Of a stretch of DNA of 64,000 bases, positions 47,753 to 60,022 are shown in pieces. Source of the stretch: Escherichia coli. GTDB lineage: Bacteria; Pseudomonadota; Gammaproteobacteria; Enterobacterales; Enterobacteriaceae. Below the pieces are notes generated by a model, which was not told the origin of the DNA, did not search any database, and was given only the letters and a program-made list of their open reading frames with translations. The stretch is from the NCBI RefSeq assembly GCF_030013595.1, contig NZ_CP122768.1; one strand, written 5' to 3'. Within the stretch, counting starts at the first letter, position 1. Each line of letters starts with the position of its first letter. The position numbers were made by a program, and so were the translations under genes.

Positions 47753-49129
47753 TTATTTCCGACGCAGCGTTTTAAACGCTACAAACAGGAATACAATCCA
47801 CACTGGCAGCAGAATCGCTGACAAGCGCATATCATCCATCGTGCACATCAGCAGCAAAATCATGCCGAGGAAGGCGATGCAGAGATAGTTGCCGAACGGA
47901 TAGAGCAGCGCCTTAAACTGTGTTTCACGCCCCTGACGACGCATCGCTGCACGAAAACGCAGATGCGCCAGGCAGATCATAATCCAGTTCAACAGCAGCG
48001 TTGCTACCACCAGCGCCATCAGCAGACCAAACGCTTTTTGCGGCAGCAGATAGTTGATTAACACCACCAGCGAAGTGATCGCTCCGGAAAGCATCAGCGA
48101 GTTAATCGGCACACCGCGACGGCTGACGCGAGTCAAAAACTTTGGCGCATTACCCTGCACTGAAAGGCCAAACAGCATCCGACTGTTAGAATAAACCCCG
48201 CTGTTATACACCGATAACGATGCCACCAGAATGACGAAGTTCAGCGCAGAAGCTACCACGTTGCTGTCGAGATTATGGAAAATCATCACAAACGGGCTAC
48301 TGTTGGATTTCACTTCCACCCACGGATAGAGTGCCAGTAAAACCACCAGTGAGCCGATATAAAACAGCAGGATGCGATACACCACCTGATTCACTGCTTT
48401 AGGGATGCTTTTTTCCGGATCGCGCGCTTCAGCGGCAGTAATCCCAATCAACTCCAGACCGCCGAAAGAGAACATAATTACCGCCAGCGACAAAATCAGC
48501 CCATTCCAGCCGGTGGCAAAAAAACCACCGTAGCGCCAGAGGTTGTCGATACTGGCTTTCTCGCCGCCGTGACCAGAAAACAGCAGCCACAGACCAAAGC
48601 CGATCATACCGATGATCGCCAGCACTTTAATCAGCGCAAACCAGAACTCGGTTTCGCCATATAAGCGCACGTTCACCAGGTTAACGGCGTTGATGATAAT
48701 AAAGAAGGCGGCAGCCCAAATCCACGTTGGAACATCCGGGAACCAGTACTGCATATAGATGCCCGCAGCGGTCAACTCTGCCATTCCCACCAGCACGAAC
48801 ATCACCCAGTAGTTCCAGCCAGAGAGGAAGCCCGCAAACGGTCCCCAGTATTTATAGGCAAAGTGGGCAAATGAACCGGATACCGGCTCTTCGACCACCA
48901 TCTCGCCGAGCTGGCGCATAATCAGGAAAGCGATGATCCCAGCGACGCCGTAGCCCAGCAATACAGCCGGACCCGCCATCTGAATCGCCGGGCCAATGCC
49001 AAGAAACAGACCAGTACCAATTGCGCCACCCAGCGCAATCAGTTGAATATGACGGTTATGTAATCCGCGATGAAGCGTCGGCTCTTGATTCGACGCAGTA
49101 TCTTCCGATACGGTTGACGCGTTTTTCAC
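47753..49129 (-). CDS. pheP: Phenylalanine-specific permease (APC family)
   Basis: ORF 47753-49165; start placed at the GTG (49127-49129) giving MKNASTVSEDTASNQEP... and 458 aa. Confidence 0.85.
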   Translation of the reverse strand: MKNASTVSEDTASNQEPTLHRGLHNRHIQLIALGGAIGTGLFLGIGPAIQMAGPAVLLGYGVAGIIAFLIMRQLGEMVVEEPVSGSFAHFAYKYWGPFAGFLSGWNYWVMFVLVGMAELTAAGIYMQYWFPDVPTWIWAAAFFIIINAVNLVNVRLYGETEFWFALIKVLAIIGMIGFGLWLLFSGHGGEKASIDNLWRYGGFFATGWNGLILSLAVIMFSFGGLELIGITAAEARDPEKSIPKAVNQVVYRILLFYIGSLVVLLALYPWVEVKSNSSPFVMIFHNLDSNVVASALNFVILVASLSVYNSGVYSNSRMLFGLSVQGNAPKFLTRVSRRGVPINSLMLSGAITSLVVLINYLLPQKAFGLLMALVVATLLLNWIMICLAHLRFRAAMRRQGRETQFKALLYPFGNYLCIAFLGMILLLMCTMDDMRLSAILLPVWIVFLFVAFKTLRRK

Positions 49130-49230
49130 GCCTTTCCCCTGTGTGTCTTTTTTGTTGAGGGGCACCTTTTAACATTTAGTGCCCATCGTCGCAAGACACA
49201 ATCCACACGGTTAAACCGGGTATCCTGCTT

Positions 49231-52200
49231 TTATTTCCGTACCCGATGTCGGTGCAGCCACATCAGCTTATACGCCGCCGGGATAATAAACAGCGACAGC
49301 AAAGGCGCGGTGATCATGCCGCCAATCATCGGCGCGGCAATCCGGCTCATCACCTCTGAACCTGCTCCCGTTCCCCACAGAATCGGCAGCAGACCAGCGA
49401 TAATCACCGCCACCGTCATCGCTTTCGGGCGCACGCGCAGGACCGCGCCGTGATACAACGCCTCATCCAGCTTCTGCTCGCTGAATGTTTGCGGATTATT
49501 CAACGACGGCTCGGCCTCTATGGCGTGACGTAAATACATCAGCATCACCACGCCAAATTCGGCGGCGACCCCGGCAAGGGCAATAAAACCGGTGCCCGTC
49601 GCCACGGAAAGATGAAAGCCCATCCACCACAGCAACCAGATGCCACCCACCAGCGCAAACGGTACGCTGCTGATAATCAGCAACGCTTCGCCCACCCGAC
49701 GGAACGCCAAATACAACAGCACGAAGATGATCATCAACGTCATCGGCACCATGAGTTTCAGCTTATGGTTGGCGCGTTCCAGTAGCTCGAACTGCCCGGA
49801 GAATGCCACGCTGGTGCCCGGTTTTAACTGTACTTTTTCAGCTATCGCTTTTTGCAGATCGTGAACCACCGACACTATGTCACGATCGCGGGCATCGATA
49901 TAAATCCAGCTCGTCGGGCGCGCATTCTCGGTTTTCAGCATCGACGGTCCGGTAGAGACTTTAACGTCAGCCACGTCTGCCAGGGTGATTTGCTGCTTCA
50001 TCGGCGTCAGAATCGGCAACTGGCGCAGCGCCTGCGGACTATCGCGCCAGCTTTGCGGATAACGCAGATTAATTGGATAACGGGCAATCCCTTCCACCGT
50101 TTCGCCAACCATCGCCCCGCCCACCGCAGATGTCACAAACAATTGCACATCCGCCACCGTCATACCGTAACGCGCGGCTTTTTCACGGTTAATCTCAACG
50201 TTGATATAGCGCCCACCTTCCAGACGCTCGGCAAGCGCAGAAGCTACGCCTGGCACCGTTCGCGCCACTTCTTCAATTTGCTCCGCCATCGCGTCGATAT
50301 CCGCCAGCACAGTGCCGGAAACTTTAATGCCGATGGGGCTTTTAATGCCGGTTGAGAGCATATCGATACGGTTACGAATTGGCGGCACCCACAGATTCGC
50401 CAGCCCCGGCAGACGCACGGTGTTATCCAGTTCCTCAATGATTTTGTCCATCGTCATGCCTGGCCGCCACTGATCTTGTGGCTTAAGCTGGATGGTCGTT
50501 TCTACCATCTCCAGCGGAGCAGAATCGGTGGCGGTTTCCGCTTTCCCGGTTTTGCCAAATACCCGCGCCACTTCAGGTACGCTCATAATCAGCTTGTCGG
50601 TTTTTTGCAGCATACTCGCCGCCTCTGCTGCGGAAATCCCCGGCAGCGTCGATGGCATATACAACAAGTCGCCTTCATTGATCTGCGGTAAAAATTCCCC
50701 GCCAACTTTATTGAGCGGCCAGAGAACCGTCAGCACCGAAAGCGCTGCCACCAGCAGCGTGGTTTTTGGCCAGTGCAGTACTTTCAGCAACAGCGGATGA
50801 TAAGCACGAATCAAAAAGCGATTGAGCGGGTTACTGCTTTCTGGCGGAATTTTGCCACGGATCCAGTAACCCATCAGGATAGGGATCACTATGATCGCCA
50901 GCAGCGCCGCACCCGCCATCGCATACGTTTTGGTGAACGCCAGCGGGCCAAACAGACGCCCTTCCTGCCCTTCCAGGGTGAAGATCGGGATAAACGACAA
51001 CGTGATAATCAGCAGACTGATAAACAACGCCGGACCCACTTCAACAGACGCATCGGTGATCACCTGCCAGCGCGTTTTATTATCCAGCGTGGCGTCAGGA
51101 TGCTGGTGCTGCCACTCTTCCAGCCGTTTATGCGCATTCTCGATCATGACGATAGCGGCATCGACCATCGCCCCGACGGCAATCGCAATGCCGCCCAGCG
51201 ACATAATATTGGCGTTCAGTCCCTGAAATTGCATGACAATAAAAGCAATACACAACCCCAGCGGCAACGAAATAATCGCCACCAGCGCCGAGCGCACATG
51301 CCAGAGAAACAGCGCACAGACTACCGCCACCACAATAAACTCTTCCAGCAACTTGCCGCTGAGGTTGTCGATGGCGCGGTCAATGAGCTGGCTGCGATCG
51401 TATGTTGTAACTATCTCCACGCCTTCCGGCAGACTACTTTTCAGCGTTTCCAGTTTGTCTTTCACGGCGGCGATCACTTCTCGGGCGTTTTTGCCGGAGC
51501 GCAGGATCACCACCCCGCCCGCCACTTCGCCTTCGCCGTTCAGTTCGGCAATGCCCCGGCGCATCTCCGGGCCAATCTGGACCTTCGCAACATCGCGCAG
51601 ATAAACGGGCACGCCATTTTCACTGGCTTTTAAAACGATGTGATTAAAGTCGTCGAGCGTTTGCAGATAGCCGCTGGCGCGCACCATATATTCCGCTTCC
51701 GCCAGTTCGATCGACGAACCGCCCGCTTCCTGGTTTGAAGCATCCAGCGCGCTTTTTACTTCGGCGAGACTGATGCCATATTGCGCCAGGCGCTGAGGAT
51801 CGATAACCACCTGATACTCTTTCACCACACCGCCTACCGACGCCACTTCCGCAACGTCAGGAATGGTTTTCAGCTCATATTTGAGAAACCAGTCCTGCAA
51901 TGAGCGTAAATCGGCAAGATCGTGCTTACCGCTGCGATCCACCAGTGCATATTCATAGATCCAGCCAACACCCGTGGCATCTGGCCCCAGCTCGGCGCTG
52001 ACTCCCGCAGGGAGCTTACCCTGTACCTGGTTGAGGTACTCCAGCACCCGCGAACGCGCCCAGTACGGATCGGTGCCATCTTCGAAAATGACATACACAT
52101 AAGAGTCGCCAAACTGCGAGAAACCGCGCACAGTCTTCGCGCCAGGCACCGACAACATGGTGGTGGTTAGCGGATAAGTCACCTGATTTTCAACGATTTG

Positions 52201-52374
52201 CGGTGCCTGACCGGGATAGCTGGTTTTAATAATCACCTGCACATCGGAGAGATCCGGCAGCGCATCCACTGGCGTGTTAATGATGGTCCAGGTGCCCCAG
52301 ATACTCAGAAACAACGCGCCCATCAGTACCAGAAAACGGTTCGCCACCGAGCGACGAATAATCCATTCAATCAT
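49231..52374 (-). CDS. cusA: Cu(I)/Ag(I) efflux RND inner membrane pump
   Basis: 1047-aa [30 protein letters not shown]... Confidence 0.95.
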   Translation of the reverse strand: MIEWIIRRSVANRFLVLMGALFLSIWGTWTIINTPVDALPDLSDVQVIIKTSYPGQAPQIVENQVTYPLTTTMLSVPGAKTVRGFSQFGDSYVYVIFEDGTDPYWARSRVLEYLNQVQGKLPAGVSAELGPDATGVGWIYEYALVDRSGKHDLADLRSLQDWFLKYELKTIPDVAEVASVGGVVKEYQVVIDPQRLAQYGISLAEVKSALDASNQEAGGSSIELAEAEYMVRASGYLQTLDDFNHIVLKASENGVPVYLRDVAKVQIGPEMRRGIAELNGEGEVAGGVVILRSGKNAREVIAAVKDKLETLKSSLPEGVEIVTTYDRSQLIDRAIDNLSGKLLEEFIVVAVVCALFLWHVRSALVAIISLPLGLCIAFIVMQFQGLNANIMSLGGIAIAVGAMVDAAIVMIENAHKRLEEWQHQHPDATLDNKTRWQVITDASVEVGPALFISLLIITLSFIPIFTLEGQEGRLFGPLAFTKTYAMAGAALLAIIVIPILMGYWIRGKIPPESSNPLNRFLIRAYHPLLLKVLHWPKTTLLVAALSVLTVLWPLNKVGGEFLPQINEGDLLYMPSTLPGISAAEAASMLQKTDKLIMSVPEVARVFGKTGKAETATDSAPLEMVETTIQLKPQDQWRPGMTMDKIIEELDNTVRLPGLANLWVPPIRNRIDMLSTGIKSPIGIKVSGTVLADIDAMAEQIEEVARTVPGVASALAERLEGGRYINVEINREKAARYGMTVADVQLFVTSAVGGAMVGETVEGIARYPINLRYPQSWRDSPQALRQLPILTPMKQQITLADVADVKVSTGPSMLKTENARPTSWIYIDARDRDIVSVVHDLQKAIAEKVQLKPGTSVAFSGQFELLERANHKLKLMVPMTLMIIFVLLYLAFRRVGEALLIISSVPFALVGGIWLLWWMGFHLSVATGTGFIALAGVAAEFGVVMLMYLRHAIEAEPSLNNPQTFSEQKLDEALYHGAVLRVRPKAMTVAVIIAGLLPILWGTGAGSEVMSRIAAPMIGGMITAPLLSLFIIPAAYKLMWLHRHRVRK

Positions 52375-52385
52375 TGGTTATTCCC

Positions 52386-53609
52386 TCAATGCGCATGGGT
52401 AGCACTTTCAGAGCGAATCCGCTCCAGTGCGCCAGAAATATTGGCTTCGGAATCAATCAGGAACAGGCCGCTGGAAACCACCTTTTCACCTTCCGCCAGA
52501 CCAGAGCGTAACGCGGTGACGCCTTGCGATGCCTGGAAAACGGCAACGCGTTTCGGTACAAAGCGCCCGTCGGCATCAACGGTAATCACCCGCTGTTCGC
52601 TGCCGGTATCAATCAGCGCTTGTGACGGAATGAGCAGCATCGGTTCGCTGGCGGTGTTGAGTTGCAACCAGGCGTTCATTCCCGGCTTTAGCGCCTCGTC
52701 GGTGTTGTCGACTTCCAGGCGCAACTGCAGCGTGCGGGTCGCGGCATCCACGCCAGGTAGTAGCGTCCATTTGCGAATGGTGAGTGTTTTATCCGGTCGC
52801 GCCGGAACGGTGAGCGTAAACTGCGAGGCATCTTTCACCAGCCAGGCGATGGACTCCGGGATCGCAGCAGTGACCCACACCGGATCCATACCCTGAATTT
52901 TCGCTACCACGTTATCTTTGGCGATATTCATTCCCGCGCGCAGATCAAACGCGGTGATCACGCCATCAATGGGTGCTTTGAGCGTAAAGCGAGTCTGGAT
53001 TTTTTGCGTGGCAATCAGGCGGCGAATATCCGCCTCCGGCATTCCCGCCAGTCGCAGTCGCTCAAGAATGCCTTCAGTCTGGGTCGCCGTACCGCCGGTT
53101 TCGCGCAGCAGTAAATACTCACTCTGCGCTTCCACCCAGTCAGGAATGGTCAGGTCGAGAAGCGGCGCGCCCTTTTGTACTTTATCGCCCACGGTAAGCG
53201 GATACACCTTGTCGATAAACCCGGCGGCGCGGGCCTGCACAATGGCATACTGATACTCGTTGTAACTGACATTCGCCGGGAAACTCTGGGAAAAAGTCAG
53301 CGGCCCGCGCGTGACGGTAGCCGTTTTCACCCCCAGATTCTGCGTCTGAGTCGGGTCAATGCGCACACCAGACGCAGAACTCTCTTCATCGGCATATTTC
53401 GGCACCAGATCCATATCCATAAACGGCGATTTACCTGGTTTATCGAACCGCGTATTGGGATACATCGGGTCGTACCAGAATAATATTTTACGTTCTGCGG
53501 TCGACGTTTTTTCTGCGGGCGGTTCCGCCTTTGCAAACCAGGTAAAACCTGCCGCAGAAATAATACCGCCCGCGATCATGCTGCCGATAATAAGCGCGAT
53601 TTTTTTCAT
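52386..53609 (-). CDS. cusB: Cu(I)/Ag(I) efflux membrane fusion protein
   Basis: 407-aa ORF upstream of cusA. Confidence 0.9.
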   Translation of the reverse strand: MKKIALIIGSMIAGGIISAAGFTWFAKAEPPAEKTSTAERKILFWYDPMYPNTRFDKPGKSPFMDMDLVPKYADEESSASGVRIDPTQTQNLGVKTATVTRGPLTFSQSFPANVSYNEYQYAIVQARAAGFIDKVYPLTVGDKVQKGAPLLDLTIPDWVEAQSEYLLLRETGGTATQTEGILERLRLAGMPEADIRRLIATQKIQTRFTLKAPIDGVITAFDLRAGMNIAKDNVVAKIQGMDPVWVTAAIPESIAWLVKDASQFTLTVPARPDKTLTIRKWTLLPGVDAATRTLQLRLEVDNTDEALKPGMNAWLQLNTASEPMLLIPSQALIDTGSEQRVITVDADGRFVPKRVAVFQASQGVTALRSGLAEGEKVVSSGLFLIDSEANISGALERIRSESATHAH

Positions 53610-53624
53610 CTCATTAAACCTGGG

Positions 53625-53957
53625 TTACTGGCTGACTTTAATATCCTGTAATAAAGAAAGGTTGCCCTGCTGGACAAAATTAAACGCCACTTTGTCGCCG
53701 GTTTTAATTTCACTCATTTTCGTCTGCGGGGTGATGGTAAAGCGCATGGTCATCTCCGGCCAGTTCACGGCTGCAATCGGATCGTGATGGATGGTGATTT
53801 TTTTGCTTTCCAGATCAACACCTTTTACCACGCCAGTGGCGCTAATAACCTGTTGTTGTGCTTCGCTCATGGTTTCATGATGATGTTCGTTAGCCTGGGC
53901 ATTAAAGCCAATAACGGTAAACAGACTAAACATTGCGACTTGCAGTGCTTTTTTCAT
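53625..53957 (-). CDS. cusF: Periplasmic copper/silver metallochaperone
   Basis: 110-aa ORF with signal peptide. Confidence 0.9.
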   Translation of the reverse strand: MKKALQVAMFSLFTVIGFNAQANEHHHETMSEAQQQVISATGVVKGVDLESKKITIHHDPIAAVNWPEMTMRFTITPQTKMSEIKTGDKVAFNFVQQGNLSLLQDIKVSQ

Positions 53958-53980
53958 TTATTCTCTCCTGGAGTTAAAAA

Positions 53981-55363
53981 TTATTGCTGCCAACCGCCCC
54001 CTAAGGCGGTATATAAAGAAATTTCGTTAACCTGACGGGCATAATTCAGGTCAAGTAAAGTTTGTCGGGTTGCAAATAAAGAACGCTCAGCATCCAGCAC
54101 TTCCAGATAGCTTACTGCGCCGTGCTGATATAATGCCCGCGCCCGTTGCAGGGTAATTTGCAGCGACGCCAGATAACGCTGCTGGGCGCTGATTTGATCG
54201 TTCAGGCTTTGACGTAATGCCAGCGCATCTGCCACTTCTTTAAAGGCGTTCTGGATTTTCTGTTCATAATTCACCACCGACTGCTGCTGGCGAATTTCGG
54301 CGATATCCAGATTGGCCTGGTTACGTTCGGCATTAAAAATGGGGATCTCAATTTTGGGTATAAAATTCCACATCCCGCTGCTGGCGTTAAATAATGACGA
54401 CAGATCGCTGCTGGCGGTTGATATTCCGCTGGTCAGGCTGATAGACGGGAAAAATGCCGCGCGTGCAGCACCAATATTGGCATTAGCCGCCATTAACGCA
54501 TGTTCAGCTTCCATAATATCCGGGCGCTGCAATAAGATTTGCGACGACAAGCCCGCCGGTAATTTAACGCTTTGCAGGCTGTCGCTGTTTACTGTCTGCG
54601 CTTGCGGCAGCTTGCCGTAGCTTCCCAATAACAGTTGCAATGCATTATTCGCCTGCGCCAGTTCCCCCTGACGTTTAGCGATGTCGCTACGGGTACTTTC
54701 AATCACCCCGCGAGCCTGTTCCAGCGCCAGAACATTACTGCTACCTGTCAACAGTTGTTTTTCAACAAACGCATATGACTGCTGATAATTACGCAGCGTT
54801 TCTTCGGCTATTTGTAATTGTGCATAAGCCAGTTGCTGATTGAAATAGCTTTGTGCGACATTAGAAACCAGCAGAATATGCACCGCGCGCTGGGCTTCCT
54901 CAGTGGCTAAATAATTTTGGCGCTCGGCTTCGCTCATGTTCTTTAAGCGACCGAAAAAATCGAGATCAAAGCTGGCGTTAAGGCCAGTCGAGAACTCCCG
55001 CGTCGAGGCTGAATCGCCTTTAAGATTGCCGCTCCAGCTGCCGCTGCCCTCGCCATTGAGCTGTGGGTAGCGGTCGGCATCGGTCAGACGATATTGCGCC
55101 CGCGCTTCCTGCACTTTCAGCGTCGCCATGCGCAAATCCCGGTTATTCACCAGCGCCTCGCTAATCAGCGTCTTCACCTGATTATCAACAAAAAAGGTGC
55201 GCCAGCCCGCGTTCTGGTAGTTATCTGCTGCGTTAACCAGGCCGTTCTGGTTGAGTGAGAACTGCTGCGGCACGGGCATTGCCGGGCGCTGATAATCCGG
55301 TGCCAGTGAACAACCGGTTAGCGCAAGGGCCACACAAAATGGCAGAAGTTTACAAGGAGACAT
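53981..55363 (-). CDS. cusC: Cu(I)/Ag(I) efflux outer membrane factor (lipoprotein)
   Basis: 460-aa ORF with lipobox LTGCS; exact start uncertain by a few codons. Confidence 0.9.
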   Translation of the reverse strand: MSPCKLLPFCVALALTGCSLAPDYQRPAMPVPQQFSLNQNGLVNAADNYQNAGWRTFFVDNQVKTLISEALVNNRDLRMATLKVQEARAQYRLTDADRYPQLNGEGSGSWSGNLKGDSASTREFSTGLNASFDLDFFGRLKNMSEAERQNYLATEEAQRAVHILLVSNVAQSYFNQQLAYAQLQIAEETLRNYQQSYAFVEKQLLTGSSNVLALEQARGVIESTRSDIAKRQGELAQANNALQLLLGSYGKLPQAQTVNSDSLQSVKLPAGLSSQILLQRPDIMEAEHALMAANANIGAARAAFFPSISLTSGISTASSDLSSLFNASSGMWNFIPKIEIPIFNAERNQANLDIAEIRQQQSVVNYEQKIQNAFKEVADALALRQSLNDQISAQQRYLASLQITLQRARALYQHGAVSYLEVLDAERSLFATRQTLLDLNYARQVNEISLYTALGGGWQQ

Positions 55364-55432
55364 AGGCTCATAATTTCTGGTGATTTTATGCCGCCAACTT
55401 TACTCGCCAGGCTCTGATTTTCCGGTGACAGG

Positions 55433-55454
55433 AAAATGACAAAATTGTCATTTT
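55433..55454. promoter_or_regulatory. CusR box in the divergent cusC / cusR promoter region
   Basis: Perfect palindrome aaaatgacaaaattgtcatttt. Confidence 0.8.
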
Positions 55455-55519
55455 GCCAATAAGCGATTGCCATCTGATCCCGCTACTCTAGAATTGCCCG
55501 GGCAACATGCGGAGGAAAT

Positions 55520-56203
55520 ATGAAACTGTTGATTGTCGAAGATGAAAAGAAAACCGGAGAATACTTGACCAAAGGGTTAACCGAAGCCGGTTTTGTGGTC
55601 GATTTGGCCGACAACGGGCTGAATGGCTACCATCTGGCGATGACCGGTGATTATGACCTGATAATCCTCGATATTATGCTGCCAGACGTGAACGGCTGGG
55701 ATATCGTGCGTATGTTGCGTTCCGCCAATAAAGGGATGCCGATTCTGTTGCTTACCGCGCTTGGCACCATTGAACATCGCGTCAAGGGGCTGGAGTTGGG
55801 GGCCGATGACTATCTGGTGAAGCCGTTCGCTTTTGCTGAACTGCTGGCGCGGGTGCGCACTCTCCTGCGGCGCGGGGCGGCGGTGATTATCGAAAGTCAG
55901 TTTCAGGTTGCCGATCTGATGGTCGATCTCGTCAGCCGCAAAGTCACCCGCAGCGGCACGCGCATCACTTTGACCAGTAAAGAATTTACTTTGCTGGAGT
56001 TTTTCCTCCGCCATCAGGGTGAAGTGCTGCCCCGCTCGCTTATCGCCTCGCAGGTGTGGGACATGAATTTCGACAGCGATACCAACGCCATTGATGTGGC
56101 GGTGAAGCGGCTGCGCGGCAAAATCGACAACGACTTTGAGCCGAAGCTGATTCAAACCGTGCGCGGCGTGGGCTACATGCTTGAGGTGCCGGATGGTCAG
56201 TAA
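55520..56203 (+). CDS. cusR: Copper-responsive response regulator (OmpR family)
   Basis: 227-aa [28 protein letters not shown]... Confidence 0.95.
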
Positions 56204-57635
56204 GCCATTTCAGCGCCCGTTTTCGCTGGCAACCCGCCTGACCTTTTTTATCAGCCTCGCCACCATCGCGGCGTTTTTCGCCTTTGCATGGATCATGATC
56301 CACTCGGTAAAAGTGCATTTTGCCGAGCAGGATATTAATGATTTAAAAGAGATTAGCGCCACCCTTGAACGGGTACTTAATCACCCTGACGAAACGCAAG
56401 CCCGACGCTTAATGACGCTGGAAGATATCGTCAGTGGTTATTCCAATGTGTTGATCTCCCTGGCAGATAGCCACGGTAAAACGGTATATCACTCCCCCGG
56501 TGCGCCCGATATCCGCGAGTTTGCACGTGATGCCATACCCGATACAGACGCGCGGGGTGGCGAGGTGTATCTCCTTTCCGGCCCGACAATTATGATGCCG
56601 GGCCACGGTCACGGGCATATGGAACACAGCAACTGGCGGATGATTAACTTGCCGGTTGGCCCGTTGGTGGACGGCAAACCGATTTATACGCTCTACATTG
56701 CGCTTTCGATCGATTTTCATCTTCATTACATAAATGATTTGATGAATAAACTTGTAATGACCGCATCGATCATTAGCATCCTGATCGTCTTTATCGTGCT
56801 GTTGGCGGTACATAAAGGTCACGCGCCGATCCGCAGCGTCAGCCGTCAAATCCAGAACATTACCTCGAAAGATCTCGACGTTCGCCTTGACCCGCAGACC
56901 GTGCCGATTGAGCTGGAACAGTTGGTACTGTCGTTCAACCATATGATCGAGCGTATTGAGGATGTCTTTACCCGCCAGTCCAATTTCTCAGCGGATATCG
57001 CCCACGAAATTCGTACACCGATTACGAATCTCATAACGCAAACCGAAATCGCCCTCAGCCAGTCGCGCAGCCAGAAGGAGCTTGAAGATGTGCTCTACTC
57101 TAATCTCGAAGAGCTGACGCGAATGGCGAAAATGGTCAGCGATATGTTGTTTCTCGCCCAGGCCGATAACAACCAGTTAATCCCCGAAAAGAAAATGCTC
57201 AACCTGGCGGATGAAGTCGGCAAAGTGTTCGATTTTTTCGAGGCGTTAGCGGAAGATCGCGGCGTGGAGTTGCAGTTTGTTGGTGACGAGTGTCAGGTTG
57301 CGGGCGATCCGCTGATGTTGCGTCGGGCGTTAAGCAACCTGCTTTCGAACGCCCTGCGTTATACGCCAACCGGAGAGACAATTGTAGTGCGCTGTCAAAT
57401 GGTCGATCACCAGGTGCAAGTTTCCGTCGAAAACCCCGGTACGCCCATTGCGCCCGAACACTTACCGCGATTGTTTGACCGTTTCTATCGCGTTGACCCC
57501 TCCCGTCAGCGAAAAGGCGAAGGTAGCGGCATTGGTCTGGCGATAGTGAAATCGATAGTTGTCGCGCATAAAGGCACGGTTGCAGTAACGTCAGATGCTC
57601 GGGGGACAAGGTTTGTTATCACATTACCCGCTTAA
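56193..57635 (+). CDS. cusS: Copper-sensing histidine kinase
   Basis: ORF 56181-57635; start at [16 protein letters not shown]... gives 480 aa; overlaps the cusR stop. Confidence 0.9.
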
Positions 57636-57784
57636 TTATTCAGCAAACGGCAACTTTTATAACCAGTGTAAAAATAACGTGCCGCAATAGTCATACCTAT
57701 TAATGGTAAAAAGCTGTCACAATTCATAAAAAACCTTAATATACGCCACCCTAAACATAACCAGCGTTAATGTAAGGTTTTTGT

Positions 57785-60022
57785 GTGGACTGGCTTCTTG
57801 ATGTTTTTGCTACCTGGCTCTACGGCTTAAAAGTAATCGCGATAACGTTAGCGGTCATCATGTTCATCAGCGGGCTGGACGATTTTTTTATTGATGTCGT
57901 CTACTGGGTACACCGCATTAAACGCAAGTTGAGTGTTTATCGCCGCTACCCGCGAATGAGTTACCGCGAACTGTATAAACCAGATGAAAAACCGTTAGCG
58001 ATCATGGTTCCGGCGTGGAATGAAACGGGCGTCATCGGCAATATGGCCGAGCTGGCGGCGACCACGCTCGACTATGAAAACTATCATATCTTTGTTGGCA
58101 CCTACCCCAACGACCCCGATACTCAGCGTGATGTTGATGAAGTGTGCGCTCGCTTCCCAAACGTGCATAAGGTAGTCTGCGCGCGTCCTGGCCCCACCAG
58201 CAAAGCCGACTGCCTGAACAACGTGCTGGACGCCATCACCCAGTTTGAGCGTAGCGCCAATTTCGCTTTTGCTGGTTTTATTCTGCATGACGCCGAAGAC
58301 GTAATTTCACCGATGGAATTGCGTCTGTTCAACTATCTGGTCGAGCGTAAAGATCTGATTCAGATCCCGGTATACCCATTCGAACGCGAATGGACGCACT
58401 TCACCAGCATGACTTACATTGATGAGTTTTCAGAACTGCATGGCAAAGATGTTCCGGTGCGTGAAGCCCTCGCCGGACAGGTGCCCAGCGCAGGCGTCGG
58501 TACTTGTTTCAGCCGCCGCGCCGTGACCGCACTGTGAGCTGACGGTGACGGTATTGCTTTCGACGTGCAGAGTCTTACTGAAGATTACGACATTGGTTTC
58601 CGCCTGAAAGAAAAAGGTATGACGGAAATTTTTGTCCGTTTTCCGGTGGTGGACGAAGCCAAAGAACGCGAGCAGCGTAAATTTTTACAGCACGCACGGA
58701 CGTCAAACATGATCTGCGTGCGCGAATATTTCCCCGATACCTTTTCGACTGCGGTTCGACAAAAATCTCGCTGGATCATCGGCATTGTTTTCCAGGGCTT
58801 TAAAACCCACAAATGGACCTCCAGCCTGACGCTGAACTACTTTCTCTGGCGCGACCGCAAAGGGGCAATCAGTAACTTTGTCAGCTTCCTCGCGATGCTG
58901 GTGATGATCCAGCTTTTGCTGTTACTGGCGTATGAAAGTTTGTGGCCCGATGCCTGGCATTTCCTTTCTATTTTCAGCGGCAGCGCATGGTTAATGACCC
59001 TGCTGTGGCTAAACTTTGGTTTGATGGTTAACCGCATCGTGCAGCGGGTGATTTTTGTCACTGGCTACTACGGTCTGACGCAGGGGCTGCTATCTGTCCT
59101 GCGTCTTTTCTGGGGCAACCTGATTAACTTCATGGCCAACTGGCGCGCGTTAAAACAGGTACTTCAACACGGCGATCCACGTCGCGTCGCGTGGGATAAA
59201 ACAACGCATGACTTCCCCAGCGTGACTGGCGATACCCGCTCGTTGCGCCCGTTAGGCCAAATTCTGCTGGAAAATCAGGTCATCACTGAAGAACAACTCG
59301 ATACAGCACTGCGTAATCGCGTCGAAGGTCTACGCCTGGGCGGTTCAATGCTGATGCAGGGGCTGATTAGCGCCGAACAGCTGGCACAGGCGCTGGCAGA
59401 GCAAAACGGCGTGGCGTGGGAGTCGATCGACGCCTGGCAGATCCCTTCATCACTGATTGCCGAAATGCCGGCCTCCGTGGCGCTGCATTATGCAGTACTG
59501 CCGCTGCGTCTGGAAAATGATGAGTTAATTGTCGGCAGTGAAGATGGTATTGACCCGGTTTCGCTGGCGGCCCTGACGCGTAAAGTCGGACGCAAAGTGC
59601 GTTACGTCATTGTTCTGCGGGGACAAATTGTCACGGGGTTACGCCACTGGTATGCGCGCCGACGCGGTCACGATCCGCGGGCAATGTTGTACAATGCGGT
59701 TCAGCATCAGTGGCTCACGGAACAGCAGGCCGGTGAAATCTGGCGGCAATATGTGCCGCATCAGTTCCTGTTCGCCGAAATACTGACCACGCTCGGTCAT
59801 ATTAATCGTTCAGCAATTAACGTGTTGTTATTGCGCCATGAACGTAGTTCTCTGCCGCTCGGCAAGTTTTTGGTCACCGAAGGCGTTATCAGCCAGGAAA
59901 CGTTGGATCGCGTCCTGACAATTCAACGCGAATTACAAGTTTCGATGCAATCACTATTACTCAAAGCAGGTTTAAACACAGAACAGGTTGCGCAACTGGA
60001 GTCCGAAAATGAAGGAGAATAA
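57785..60022 (+). pseudogene. nfrB: Phage N4 adsorption protein B (inner membrane glycosyltransferase-like) interrupted by an in-frame TGA
   Basis: ORFs 57785-58537 and 58565-60022 are in the same frame, separated only by TGA at 58535-58537; total 745 sense codons plus stop, matching full-length NfrB as I recall it. Confidence 0.7.

Noticed and set aside
50773-51633. 286-aa plus-strand ORF antisense to cusA (and similar ORFs at 49852-50355 and 52198-52896)
   Set aside because: Arg/His/Gln-rich low-complexity translations opposite a strongly supported RND pump gene; shadow ORFs.
58535-58537. Possibility that the in-frame TGA in nfrB encodes selenocysteine
   Set aside because: No SECIS-like stem-loop noticed immediately downstream and NfrB is not a known selenoprotein; a nonsense mutation or sequencing error is far more likely.
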